Assembly: GCA_002269645.1 (NCBI GenBank)
Contig: NIVC01001201.1
Span: 1 to 64,000, forward strand
DNA: 64,000 bases
Source: Macrostomum lignano
Taxonomy: Eukaryota
Reading direction: 5' to 3'
The translations under genes were made by a program, and so were the position numbers. This document shows, piece after piece, positions 11,823-30,893 of the stretch. The number at the start of each line of letters is the position of its first letter. Within the stretch, counting starts at the first letter, position 1. Under the pieces are notes generated by a model. That model saw nothing but the letters and a program-made list of their open reading frames with translations. It made no database searches and was not told where the DNA came from.

Positions 11823-13264
11823 TGTATGTTTAAATAATAAACTTACGTTGAATACAATTTATTGCAAACGAACTCTACAAAATACACGTTGTCAAGAGTA
11901 ACGAAAGTGATAAACAAATAAAACCTTAAAATAATGTTAAATATGTTGTAGAATTATAAAGTGTAACATTATAAGATAGTTAAAGTTAATAAAATACATT
12001 ATTATAGCTTTTTAATCATTTTCATTAGACTCATTTTAGGTCGTAATTAAACTTACCGTTTTAAGAAATCATTTTATTAAAAATAAAGCTATACGAAAAT
12101 AATTTGTGCTTTAATAGACTTTTTTACTTTTTAAAAACATGAATAAATTTATTTTATAGCTTTATTGCTTTCAAATTGCCAAAAAACGAATTTTCATAAA
12201 ACTTGCCCCCGATTTTTGGATTTCCCCTAGAGCTTATTTTAGGCCAACCCAAAAAGTTAGGCCAATCTACCCAGGACTACCACCCCCCTACTTTAAAAAT
12301 CCTGGATCCTAATGCAGCTCTAATGCATAAAGTATATAAATTGAGTTACTTGAATTTTTATAAGCCTAGAATTGCATAAAAACTGTTTTAAAAATGCATG
12401 TATAGGCCTACTGTATGCTTAATAGTAAAAATACTGCTTTATAGTTACACATAAAAACCTAAAAAGATAATAAGCATAGACAGTGAATTTTGAAACATAA
12501 ATAATGACCTAAAGTGGGTGTGATACTTCTTAGCGCTATTTATCACTACTGTGAGCAAGAATTAGCAAGCACCATAACACTAAATGCATATTTATTTATT
12601 ATTTTGTACTATTCTAGTGTACGCCGCGCATTTTTATAATTTTAAACATTTTAAATGTTAAAGGTTTCTCCGGAAGGACAATCTTAACAAAAGCTATAGC
12701 TTTTTGTAAGAAAACAAATGGAATGCGGTATTATTTAAAATTAATGTGCTTTAGTTTTATGTAAAATTATAATAGTTAATATAAAAAGCGACAATACGTC
12801 CGGTACAGGAATCGCACATTCCAAAATCGGAATATTCATTGAAGTTGTCCCAGATCAACAACTAGCTGGCCTTCTGTGAGAACTCCACCCTTTCATTCCA
12901 AAATTATTGTAGGCCTACCTTAATGTTTAAGAAGCATCCGAACTTTTTTATCAAAAGTAGTACTTTATTTTTAGCTTATGTTATGTTGCCATTTTTAAGA
13001 TGCATTTTTTTACTTCAGTAAAAATTGTTTTGTATGCCTATTAGTATTAAGAATTGGTCATTACCATGGCATGGCATAGGTTTATAAAATGAATCTGCTC
13101 TTATTTAGCATAATTATAAACTTGTATCTACCTAGTCTGGAATCTTGTTTACCTTGCATATCCTTTAGCAGGCACTTGTTTTAATTCTAGTTTTTTATTG
13201 ATTGACAGAAAGATTTTATAAATATAATGCTAGGAAAGTAACTTGAATAAGAACTTTAACTTTA

Positions 13265-13700
13265 ATTGCACTTGATAAACTAAGGATTATTGCGCTTGAT
13301 AAGCCAAGCCTTATTGCACTAGATAAGTCAAAGATTACTGCACTTGATAAATTAAAGATTATTGTCTATACTTGATAAACCAAGAATTAGGCCATTAGGC
13401 ATTATTATTAATAAGCCAAATATTATTGCACTTAATAAGCCAAGGATTTCTGCACTTGATAAACCAAGAATTACTGCACTTGATAAGCCAAGCATTATTC
13501 TACTTGATAAGCAAAGGATTAGTATATTTGATAAACAAAGCCAAAGGATTTTTATTGGACTTGATAAACCAAGGATTCTTGAGTTGCACTTAACAAGCTA
13601 ATAATTGTTGCATTTGATAGGCCCCTTAAGCCAAGGATTATTGCACTTGATAAGTAACAGATTATTGCACTTGATAAGACAATGATTATTGCATTTTATG
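13265..13700. repeat. Degenerate ~24-bp minisatellite
   Basis: Recurrent ttattgcacttgataa(g/a)ccaagga. Confidence 0.75.
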
Positions 13701-15181
13701 TATAAAGGATTATTTCATTGAATGAGTAAAATATTTTGCAGTAAATAGTAAATATCATTATTGCACTAAATAATTAAGAGATGCTTAATATTGGGAAGAG
13801 GGGGTACTTGCTATCTTGTGGTGTGCTATCTAGGGGTGCTTTGTCCCCCTAAGATAAAGCATATCTAGGGTGTGCTTTGGTAATATTTGCTATTATATTT
13901 GGGGGATAATTGCTATTATATTTGGGCATATGTTTGCTATCTTAAAGGAGGAGGGTAGGATGCTTGCTATCTAGGTTGCTTTTTATCTGGGGGATGCTTG
14001 CTATCTGAAGGATGCTTATTATCTAGGGGATACTTGCTACTTTGGGGGAGGGATGCTTGTTATTGGAGGATACTTGCTATCTAAGAAGAGGGTGCTTGCT
14101 ATTGGCAAATGCTTGCTATTTGGGGAGATGCTTGTGGTCTAGGAGATACATTCTATTTAGACAAATGCATGTTGATCTTTATGAAGGCTTTTTGTTATAT
14201 TTTTGTTACTTTGCCAAAAAGAGATTCTTAACAGACATCTTTGTCTCTAACAATTTTACTCAAAAAGTGATTTATAAAACTGAAAAAGGAAATGGTTCTT
14301 AAAAATATGCTTTATAATGGATTTGCATCAATAAATTTTGCTCATTGCTTGTTGCATGCCTTGAAGGAGGGCACTAGATTGCTAGTATATACTGAACCCA
14401 TCAATTTTTTAAGGCCTATTTAAAAGTTTTTTATTTAGCTTTGCTTAAGGCTTATTATAGTATATTATAATAATTTTGTAGTCTGTTTAGTTTATTAATT
14501 AATAAACTAAGGTAAGGAGATAGATTATATTAGCTAAAGGGTTTTCTAGACATTTTGATGCTAAAGTGTATATATAATATTCATATAGGATATAGATAAT
14601 TTTTTGTATGATTATATTAATATTGTAAAACATATTTTTTTTGTGCATTTTATTCTTAAATCCTATAGATAACAAGATAATACTTGTATATTAATTGTTA
14701 ATATATATTATTTTCCCTTTAAGTTGTTTTATATAACCACATAAAAATATTTTATATCTATGTATTATATGAGTATCATCCCAAAAGTTCTCTGTATCAT
14801 TGAATTACTCCTACAAACTAGCACCAATTTTGAAGAAACTGCAACACAAACTTGTACCAATATTTGCACACAACATTAGATAAATTTTCATGAAAAAATC
14901 TCAATGCAATTAGAAATAACAAGCTGAGTTGTCTAATACCTTCAGAGCAAATGGACAGCTCTCACATTGACTTCTTAAACTGGCACAGTGCAGCTCATGC
15001 AGCATCACCAACTGAATAAGCAAGTGTCACAAGCAGAAGAGTGAATGAACTTGACAAGAATTCCATTATTTATTCCTGACTAACTAGCTGACTTGCATGA
15101 CTGGTTGGTGATGCTGCACAAGCTGCACTGTGCCAGTTAAGAAAGTCAATATCAAAGCTGTCCACTTGGGAAATTGTTCCC

Positions 15182-15253
15182 AAGTCGGTCGAGAATCGAA
15201 CCCTCGACCTTCAAGTCAAAAGTCCGACGCTCTAACCACAAGGCTGCAGTCCC
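15182..15253 (-). pseudogene. tRNA-Lys(TTT)-derived pseudogene or SINE head
   Basis: Minus strand gggactgcagccttgtggttagagcgtcggaCTTTTGActtgaaggtcgagggTTCGATTctcgaccgac has D-arm, TTT anticodon loop and T-loop/B-box, but the acceptor stem does not pair. Confidence 0.6.
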
Positions 15254-15342
15254 CTAATAAGCCCCGAAATTAGAGGTAACATCTGAGCTGGCTCAAAATG
15301 CATCCCCGCAATGCTACTTTCTGTAGGCGCTGCTCACGATGA

Positions 15343-23034
<7,692 letters not shown>

Positions 23035-24439
23035 GGCGGCCGGTGAAGAAGACGGTGATTGATGATGAAGCAGTTAGCCTAGTCTTAGCTTCCCAGCTCA
23101 GCCACCTGCTATATGCTAATATTAATATTTTATTTTGCCTCGCCGTGGGGGATGTCGGGGATTTGACACAATTTGTGCCTCGGTCTCGTCTTTCGTAATC
23201 CCAAAAAATTGCACCACCTGTTGAGCTGCTGACTCGGGCTGACCGCGAGCTTCTAGAAATGATAAAGGTAGAAATGGTGAACTTGCTGGTACAGTTGCGT
23301 ACCTGGATTAGGCTGGACAGCCTGACAGCAGCGGATGGGAGCTGATTCATTACTCTGTGGATTGCCATTCACCCCTACACATACTTGGATTTCGCTGTAT
23401 TGATATCGAATTAACCCGCCTGTCTGTCTGAGTTCTCCGGCCACGCGAATGCTTCATTTTGGCTTGTCCTATTCTATATATGCTACTATAGCTGTTACTA
23501 ATCGCTATGCTATGATTATTTATTTATGCTGTCTGCCAGCCCGGCATGCACTGTACAGAGCAGCCTCATCACCGGCTGCTGGGCTGCTTGCACCCGGGCG
23601 CAGTCCGTGTAAGGAAAGCGAGTTGGTCGACAATCCAAGCATTAAGCGCTTTATTTGTTTTTATTTATTTGTGTGTGCGAGAGCTCAGCCTCCGCTTTCA
23701 GGGCCAAGGCAAGCGCAGCAAAGCTTTGCAAGTCTGCTTTTTGTCTGCTGCTTTTTTCATTTTCTATTCGAGCAAAGTCCCAAGGAATTTTATTATTATT
23801 ACTATTAATATTATTACAAATTATTATTTTACACAAACTGCCTCTGTTCCACTTTCGCGGTCACCAAAATCTCCGTTTCAGGCAGCGGCGCCTCGCGACA
23901 ATTTCCAAATAAAATGCCTTAAACTGCCTGCTAATAGTAGTGTCAGCAGTAGCAAGTGATTTCTATTTGATTAATTCTACACAATGTCAGCCCCTCGGAC
24001 CTCTGAGCGATTTGATTGAATGACTGATTTTCGCACTTGCCGCCTGCGCACAACTCCCTCCTGCTGTCTGTGATTGGCGCCGCCACAGCCCTTTGTGTAT
24101 TTCTATCGCATCTTCATTTCCTGTGCTTTAATGCCCATTGCTAATATTAATATTATTACTATGCATATTGCTAATGTAGCGCAAGTATTGCCTTCTGACA
24201 GGAGCGCAGCCGTGCATACCAGTTTTTATTGTGTTATTATTTTACTCATCATAATATTACTATCATTATTATTAATATTGTTTTTAGCGCAGATATTTTT
24301 GCCGCTAACTGAACCAACTTTATTCATGCCTTGGGTTTGTCCTGCCTGCGCGCTTGCGGCTGGCTTGGAATGCCATCTTGCATCTCCCTGTTTCTCCTAT
24401 GCAGACTCTCAGCTCAGCCCTAATCTCCACGATGCCCCC

Positions 24440-25100
24440 CCCCCAACCTGACAGTTGCTGCACCCCAAGCGGAGCCCTCAGCCCAGCACCCCAAACAGAG
24501 CCCCCAGCCCAGCACCCCAAACGGAGCCCTCAGCCTAGCACCCCAAACGGAGCCCTCAGCCCAGCACCCCAAGCGGAGCCCTCAGCCCAGCACCCCAAGC
24601 GGAGCCCCCAGCCCAGCACCCCAAGCAGAGCCCCCCCCCAGCCCAGCACCCCAAGCAGAGCCCCCAGCCCAGCACCCCAAGCGGAGCCCCCCACCCCAGC
24701 CCAGCACCCCAAGCAGAGCCCCCCAGCCCAGCACCCCAAGCAGAGCCCCCCCAGCCCAGCACCCCAAGCAGAGCCCCCCCCAGCCCAGCACCCCAAGCAG
24801 AGCCCCCCCAGCCCAGCACCCCAAGCAGAGCCCCCCCCCAGCCCAGCACCCCAAGCAGAGCCCCCCCAGCCCAGCACCCCAAGCAGAGCCCCCCCCCAGC
24901 CCAGCACCCCAAGCAGAGCCCCCCCAGCCCAGCACCCCAAGCAGAGCCCCCCAGCCCAGCACCCCAAGCAGAGCCCCCCCCAGCCCAGCACCCCAAGCAG
25001 AGCCCCCCAGCCCAGCACCCCAAGCGGAGCCCCCACCCCCCAGCCCAGCACCCCAAGCAGAGCCCCCCCCAGCCCAGCACCCCAAGCGGAGCCCCCCACC
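24440..25100. repeat. C-rich ~27-bp minisatellite downstream of TTBK
   Basis: cccagcaccccaagcagagcc(c)n ag with variable C-runs. Confidence 0.9.
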
Positions 25101-25526
25101 CCGCTAGCCGCAGCGGCCGCTGGCCTCTTCATTCCCGCAGTGCAGCCGCAAGCTTTTTTCCGCTCTTCGGTTTCTGTCGCAGCCGCATGCAAAACCCGCA
25201 CGGATTCGCTTATTTGAGTTTTGTTCAACCTGCAGAGAGGCTTTTTGATTGCCGAGCAAAGGCGAGTGTCTATAAAATACGTCTATTTATTGCTTGTTAT
25301 TGCAACACTTATTTTATTTTGATGCTGCTACCGAGATTGAGAACTTTCATTTTTGCTTCAGTTTAGCAAACAACGGCGCAGCAGAGAATTCAGACCCAAA
25401 CTGATCAAATAGAAGCCATCAGCCATCAGTGGCCGGGCGCGGATTCGCGTCCCGGCGCTCTGTGGTTTCATAATCTTTTTCTTGGACTTTTTGTGGCTTT
25501 TTATTTTCAAAAGCGTTTGTTTAACT

Positions 25527-25531
25527 GTCTT

Positions 25532-25577
<46 letters not shown>

Positions 25578-25590
25578 AGTCTGTCTGCCT
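25527..25590. repeat. (GTCT)n microsatellite
   Basis: ctgtctgtctgtct... run. Confidence 0.9.
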
Positions 25591-26659
25591 GCCTGTCTCA
25601 ATCATGTCGCAGGCGTCTGGCTCGCCCATTCGAGACACGACTCGAAGCCGCATGCATTCGAGGCTTGTGCACGAAAATTTGCTTTGCCTTCCTTGTTTTG
25701 CCATTCGCTCTAACGAGAGAACATAGCCAGAGGATTAGAATGTCAGGGCCGGTGTGCACCCTGTGTGAGCGCGTACGTGTGCAGCCTGCGTACAGTATTG
25801 GCGAGCTTTGTGTGCTCAGAAGTGAGCGAAATGAGCAGAATTGGCGTCAGCGCCGGTTGCAACAGCACTGCATTGATAATGGAGTCCAAACAAGAAATTT
25901 GTGAATTTTCAAGCAGTAAAAACTAAAATTGATACATATATGCCCTGCTGGCCAGTCTGTTTATATTGTTAAAGTGCAAAAACAGAATGCAGAAGATGAA
26001 TTCGAAATCAATTTGGGTTGCGGGCTGGTCAGAATCCCGTGAGACATTTGAGGCATGCAGCTACTCAGTAAGGAGACGCAGTGCAATTAGCAGGGCCATC
26101 CCAGTGATCAAGCTGGTGACGGCAGGGGCGCCTGAGACTCCCGAGTTGCCCCCCGGATTGTCGCCGAGTCCAGTGCCGTTCGTCTTACGGGGGGTCACCG
26201 CCCCCGTAAATCAGCTCCGGCTCCGGCTCCAGGCACTCTGGCTGGGGCAGAACCGGATACTGCTCCTGGCCCCTCAGCCTGCAGAATCCGCATCTCGGAG
26301 TCTCAGTTTCGTTATAGCGGCCCAACCTGATCTTGCCTTTGATGGCCACCTTACAGTCAGAGTCGCAGCCAATGAACAGCTTTTTCTGCGGGTGTGGGGG
26401 GGGGGACGGCTGGACATGTGCGGCTTCGGGGGACAGGCAGACGGACAGGCAGACTGTCACACTAACAACATAAAAACATCAGGGTCTTAAGAAGAAAACA
26501 GCGTCTGTCGATCAGACCGAGTCCGGGGCGCCGGCGTCAGCCAGCAGGCCGTGTGCGCATCTCTCCCCGCCACGCCAATAGCGTGACTCGGCGCGGATGA
26601 TGTCGATGTGGCCTGCAAGCTGGTGTCGCCGACGGCCGGCGCAGCGAGTTACTAATCCT

Positions 26660-26830
26660 TAAGCCAGCGCACAGGAGGCCATAGCGTGCACCGCATCTAC
26701 TTGTTGATTATTGAGCAAGTCCATGTCTCGGCGTTGTACAGCAGGACGGTCTCGATCACCGCCTGGAACAATGCTGGCCTCTGCATGGCAGTCAGGCAGG
26801 GCCTCTGGTAACGCCTTGCTGATAGTGCGG
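26660..26830 (-). mobile_element. Non-LTR retrotransposon RT C-terminal fragment (RTE-like), frameshifted
   Basis: ALFQAVIETVLLYNAETWT.../..QQVDAVHA is typical of the post-RT region of RTE-type LINEs. Confidence 0.6.
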
Positions 26831-27360
26831 AAATTCTGTCGCTTGCCCATCTGCGCCTCGGCAACGAGCTGGCCGATCGCCTGGCCAAGGCTGGCTCAAC
26901 CGGTTCTTTTACTGGTCCCCTGCCCGTGGCCCCCACCCCCATCGCCGTTGTCAGCACTCGGATCAACCAGTGGGTGACTTCTAAGCACAGGGAGAGATGG
27001 GCGAACGCCCCAGACTGCCGGCAATCCCGCGCGGCTGTCCCCTGTCCTTCCTACGCCCTGCGCAGGGCCCTGCTGGGACTCAACCGCAGGGACATCAGGA
27101 CGGTGACCATGGCCCTCTCGGGTCATGGCTGTTTTGCCTCCAAAAAACAGCCGCACCTCCAGGGAAAATCCGCAGTGAGGAATGCCTTTCTGCTACTTCG
27201 GTGTCGAGAATCCAGAGCCCTTCATCTGTGAATGCCCCGCCTTTACTCAGGACAGGCTCACCTACCTCAGCCCAAACCCGGACCTCTCCGACGTTTTCAG
27301 GCCCGAGAATCTGCCAGCTCGTCCGCTACCTAAGGGCTACCAGGAGAGCGACAATCCACC
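26826..27360 (+). mobile_element. Non-LTR retrotransposon 3' fragment (RNase H end + C-terminal Cys/His knuckle)
   Basis: [18 protein letters not shown] (RNase H motif GNE.AD.LAK) followed by ..TMALSGHG..., then [17 protein letters not shown] with frameshifts. Confidence 0.7.
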
Positions 27361-27679
27361 TCCTGGACTCTCCGGAGGGGGACCGCGCTGCGGACACCGG
27401 CGCCACCGGAACTCCCTGCGCGACAACGCAGCACTAGCTGCCCGTGGTCGCCAGGGGCTAGCCAAATGGAGCCCCTGCAGCTAAGTCAAGTAAGTACAAG
27501 TCAAGTTACGCTGCGCTGTTGCCTCCACGCGCTCGAACAAGTCTTGAGCCTCATCAGAATGGGTGGCCAGAGGGGGCGGGGCCTGCATGAACGCGCAAAA
27601 CAGGCGAGAGTTTCGGCAGCGAAGTCGGACGTCGACCCGAGTAGCCGGCAGGACAGGGAGACGCAGTGACATGAGACAC

Positions 27680-28545
27680 TCACAGACAGACAGGCTGCAT
27701 GAGGACACAGACAGGCAGCACGAGGACACAGACAGGCTGCAGGAGGACACAGACAGGCTGCAGGACACAGGCTGCAGGAGGACACAGGCAGCAGGAGGAC
27801 ACAGACAGGCAGCAGGAGGACACAGACAGGCGGCAGGAGGACACAGACATATGACAGGAAACAGACAGGCTGCAGGAGGACACAGACAGGCGGCAGGAGG
27901 ATACAGACAGGCGGCAGGAGGACACAGACATGCTGCAGGAGGACACAGACAGGCAGCAGGAGGACACAGACAGGCTGCAGGAGGACACAGGCTGCAGGAG
28001 GACACAGGCAGCAGGAGGACACAGACAGGCAGCAGGAGGACACAGACAGGCGGCAGGAGGACACAGACATATGACAGGAAACAGACAGGCTGCAGGAGGA
28101 CACAGACAGGCGGCAGGAGGATACAGACAGGCGGCAGGAGGACACAGACATATGACAGGAAACAGACAGGCTGCAGGAGTACACAGACATGCTGCAGGAG
28201 GACACAGACAGGCAGCAGGAGGACACAGACAGGCTGCAGGAGGACACAGACAGGCAGCAGGAGGACACAGACAGGCTGCAGGAGGACACAGGCAGCAGGA
28301 GGACACAGACAGGCAGCAGGAGGACACAGACAGGCTGCAGGAGGACACAGACAGGCTGCAGGAGGACACAGGCAGCAGGAGGACACAGACAGGCTGCAGG
28401 AGGACACAGACAGGCTGCAGGAGGACACAGGCAGCAGGAGGACACAGACAGGCGGCAGGAGGACACAGACAGGCTGCAGGAGGACACAGACAGGCGGCAG
28501 GAGGACACAGACATATGACAGGAAACAGACAGGCAGCAGGTGGAG
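27680..28545. repeat. ~22-bp-based minisatellite in intron 2 of the Ly6-like gene
   Basis: ggaggacacagacaggc(t/a/g)gcag with higher-order blocks containing acatatgacaggaa. Confidence 0.9.
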
Positions 28546-28939
28546 ACAGTGTACTCACAACGCCGTTATCCACGTAGAAGGCCCGCGAACACCATCTATC
28601 TAGGGAAGTGCCGGTGCATTTGATTTTCACCGGGTTCACTGCCTTCCAATCTGTCGGCTCATTGCCCTCAAACGTGTAGCACTCTCCCATCTTGCCCAGA
28701 AGGAGCTTGAAGCGCGGCGGAAAAGTCGCATTGGATTTGAGGAAGTTGCAGTTAGTGGAGTTGCATTTCTCGCAGAGCTGATTGGCCTTGTCGAATTTTA
28801 TGGAGTCACAGCTGCCGCAGCCCAGCGTCAGGCTCTGCGAATTAAAATATTCGATACAGTTCTTGAGGCAGTTGTTGCGGAAGTCCGACATCCCACTGCC
28901 ACTAATTGACTGCCGCCGAGTTCGGTTTTGGTAGTAAGG

Positions 28940-29395
28940 GTTCAGTGACGGCTTGGTTAGGGTAGGGTTTAGTGACGGCTTGGTTAGGGTAGGGTTTAGT
29001 GACGGCTTGGTTAGGGTAGGGTTTAGATAGGGCTTGGTTAGGGTAGGGTTTAGATAGGGCTTGGTTAGGGTAGGGTTTAGATAGGGCTTGGTTTGGGTAG
29101 GGTTTAGATAGGGCTTGGTTTGGGTAGGGTTTAGATAGGGCTTGGTTAGGGTAGGGTTTAGATAGGGCTTGGTTAGGGTAGGGTTTAGATAGGGCTTGGT
29201 TAGGGTAGGGTTTAGATAGGGCTTGGTTAGGGTAGGGTTTAGATAGGGCTTGGTTAGGGTAGGGTTTAGATAGGGCTTGGTTAGGGTAGGGTTTAGATAG
29301 GGCATGGTTAGGGTAGGGTTTAGATAGGGCTTGGTTAGGGTAGGGTTTAGATAGGGCTTGGTTTGGGTAGGGTTTAGTTGCGGCTTGGTTAGGGG
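28940..29395. repeat. 27-bp telomere-like (TTAGGG-containing) minisatellite in intron 1 of the Ly6-like gene
   Basis: gatagggcttggTTAGGGtagggttta, ~17 copies. Confidence 0.9.
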
Positions 29396-30059
29396 CATAA
29401 TCGTCGTGTACTTTCAATGCGACTTAGAACGAAACTTGAAGTACATGGTCGAAATGATACTAAATGAAGAGCGATTCATTGCCCATAGTCAACAATTTCG
29501 GATGATGTATAAAACCTTAAGTTTGAGAAAGAAACAGAAGAAACGTTTTTAACTCTACCTCGCGGCCTCTCAAGTTATAAACGAGGTGGCAGAAGCTGTT
29601 GTTTAAGGGCGCATGGCAGACGTTCATCGTCAGATTGACCTGCTCGAACACCTCGTTTATTCTCTCGGCAGTGTTCACCTTGTCCTAGTGGTGGCACTGG
29701 ATTTTGACGGCGGGAGTCGATTGGCCGACGGCGCTTCTGGCCATGGCGAGCGCCAGAGCGACGGTCAGAACGAGCTGCAGCGGGACCGGCTTCTCCATCA
29801 GGCTGAGGGAGTTCTTGAGTTGATGAGCTGCCAAATAGCACCCCAAATGCGGGATTAATATTGCTGAGTACAAGCCTGGCTTTGCGGGAATTGATCGAAT
29901 TGTCTATGGCCCAAACAGGTGTACTCTTAATGATTGGCCATTAAGTAAAGTAACATTTCACGGTAGACCAGACGACATTTATGACCTCTAAAACCTTGCG
30001 TAAATTATTTTGCAAAACTACTCTCTGTTCAATGTATCAGCGTAAAAAACAATTCATAG

Positions 30060-30205
30060 ACATACACTATAACATACACTTTAACATACACTATAACATA
30101 CACTATAACATACACTATAACATACACTATAACATACACTATAACATACACTATAACATACACTATAACATACACTATAACATACACTATAACATACACT
30201 ATACA
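30060..30205. repeat. 12-bp tandem repeat
   Basis: (catacactataa)n, ~12 copies. Confidence 0.9.
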
Positions 30206-30893
30206 AACTACGTATAGTGTAGTTTAGGCTTTTTAAAAAATGCATTTTAAAGTGCCTTCAGAGAGATGCAATATACCTATAAGATTGAAATCTATGATAG
30301 TAGACATCCATAAAATGATCCACTACATGTATTGTATTCGCCAAGTACAAACGAAAAAATTTGTCGCAAACGGACATTTTATCTGCTCAGACAATTTTAT
30401 GCGCCAACGGACGATTTTATGCGCCAATGGACAATTTTATCCACCAATGGGCAATTTTATGCGCCAATGGACAATTTTATCCGCCAATGGACATTTTATG
30501 CGCTCAGACAATTAAAGTATACAATTAAAAGAATCTACGAAAGGAATTCGTAGAAAGCTACACGAAAGCTAGCAGGTAAAACTTGTGTCCGATTATTGCT
30601 ACGCACTAATCAGTGACGTCATCGGAAGAGTGTATTTTCGGTGCATTGGAGGGCGAATTTGACGATGAAAAATTGGCTGTCTCAGTTGCTGATTTAAATC
30701 TGGATTTTCGACTTTGCTACTGATAGTAGTTGGAGAGCGTCTGCGGTTATCGGGGGCATTCAGAGTATTGGTGTTGAAAACAAAAAGCGCATTATGCAGG
30801 TCAATATTCCGAGTGGCATTTAAAAATCTATTAAAGTACAAGTTGTCAGTAATTAAGGCCAGTAATTAGCTGGGGGTTCAGCGCGTCAAGTCT

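Larger units (their letters stand above)
26061..29798 (-). pseudogene. Secreted, GPI-anchored Cys-rich protein with two Ly6/uPAR (three-finger)-like domains; carries an in-frame stop and a frameshift
   Basis: Exons 29798-29559, 28909-28559, 26385-26061, all phase 0. Signal peptide MEKPVPLQLVLTVALALAMARSAVG; LU-type CEKCNSTNCN; C-terminal NSGVSGAPAVTSLITGMALLIALRLLTE*. TAG at 29687-29685 (IQCHH*DKVNT..) and +1 C in a C6 run near 26190. Confidence 0.65.

Noticed and set aside
24354-25228. Pro/Gln-rich 287-aa ORF and Gly/Trp-rich antisense ORFs
   Set aside because: Derived from a C-rich minisatellite with variable C-runs; no non-repetitive coding signal.
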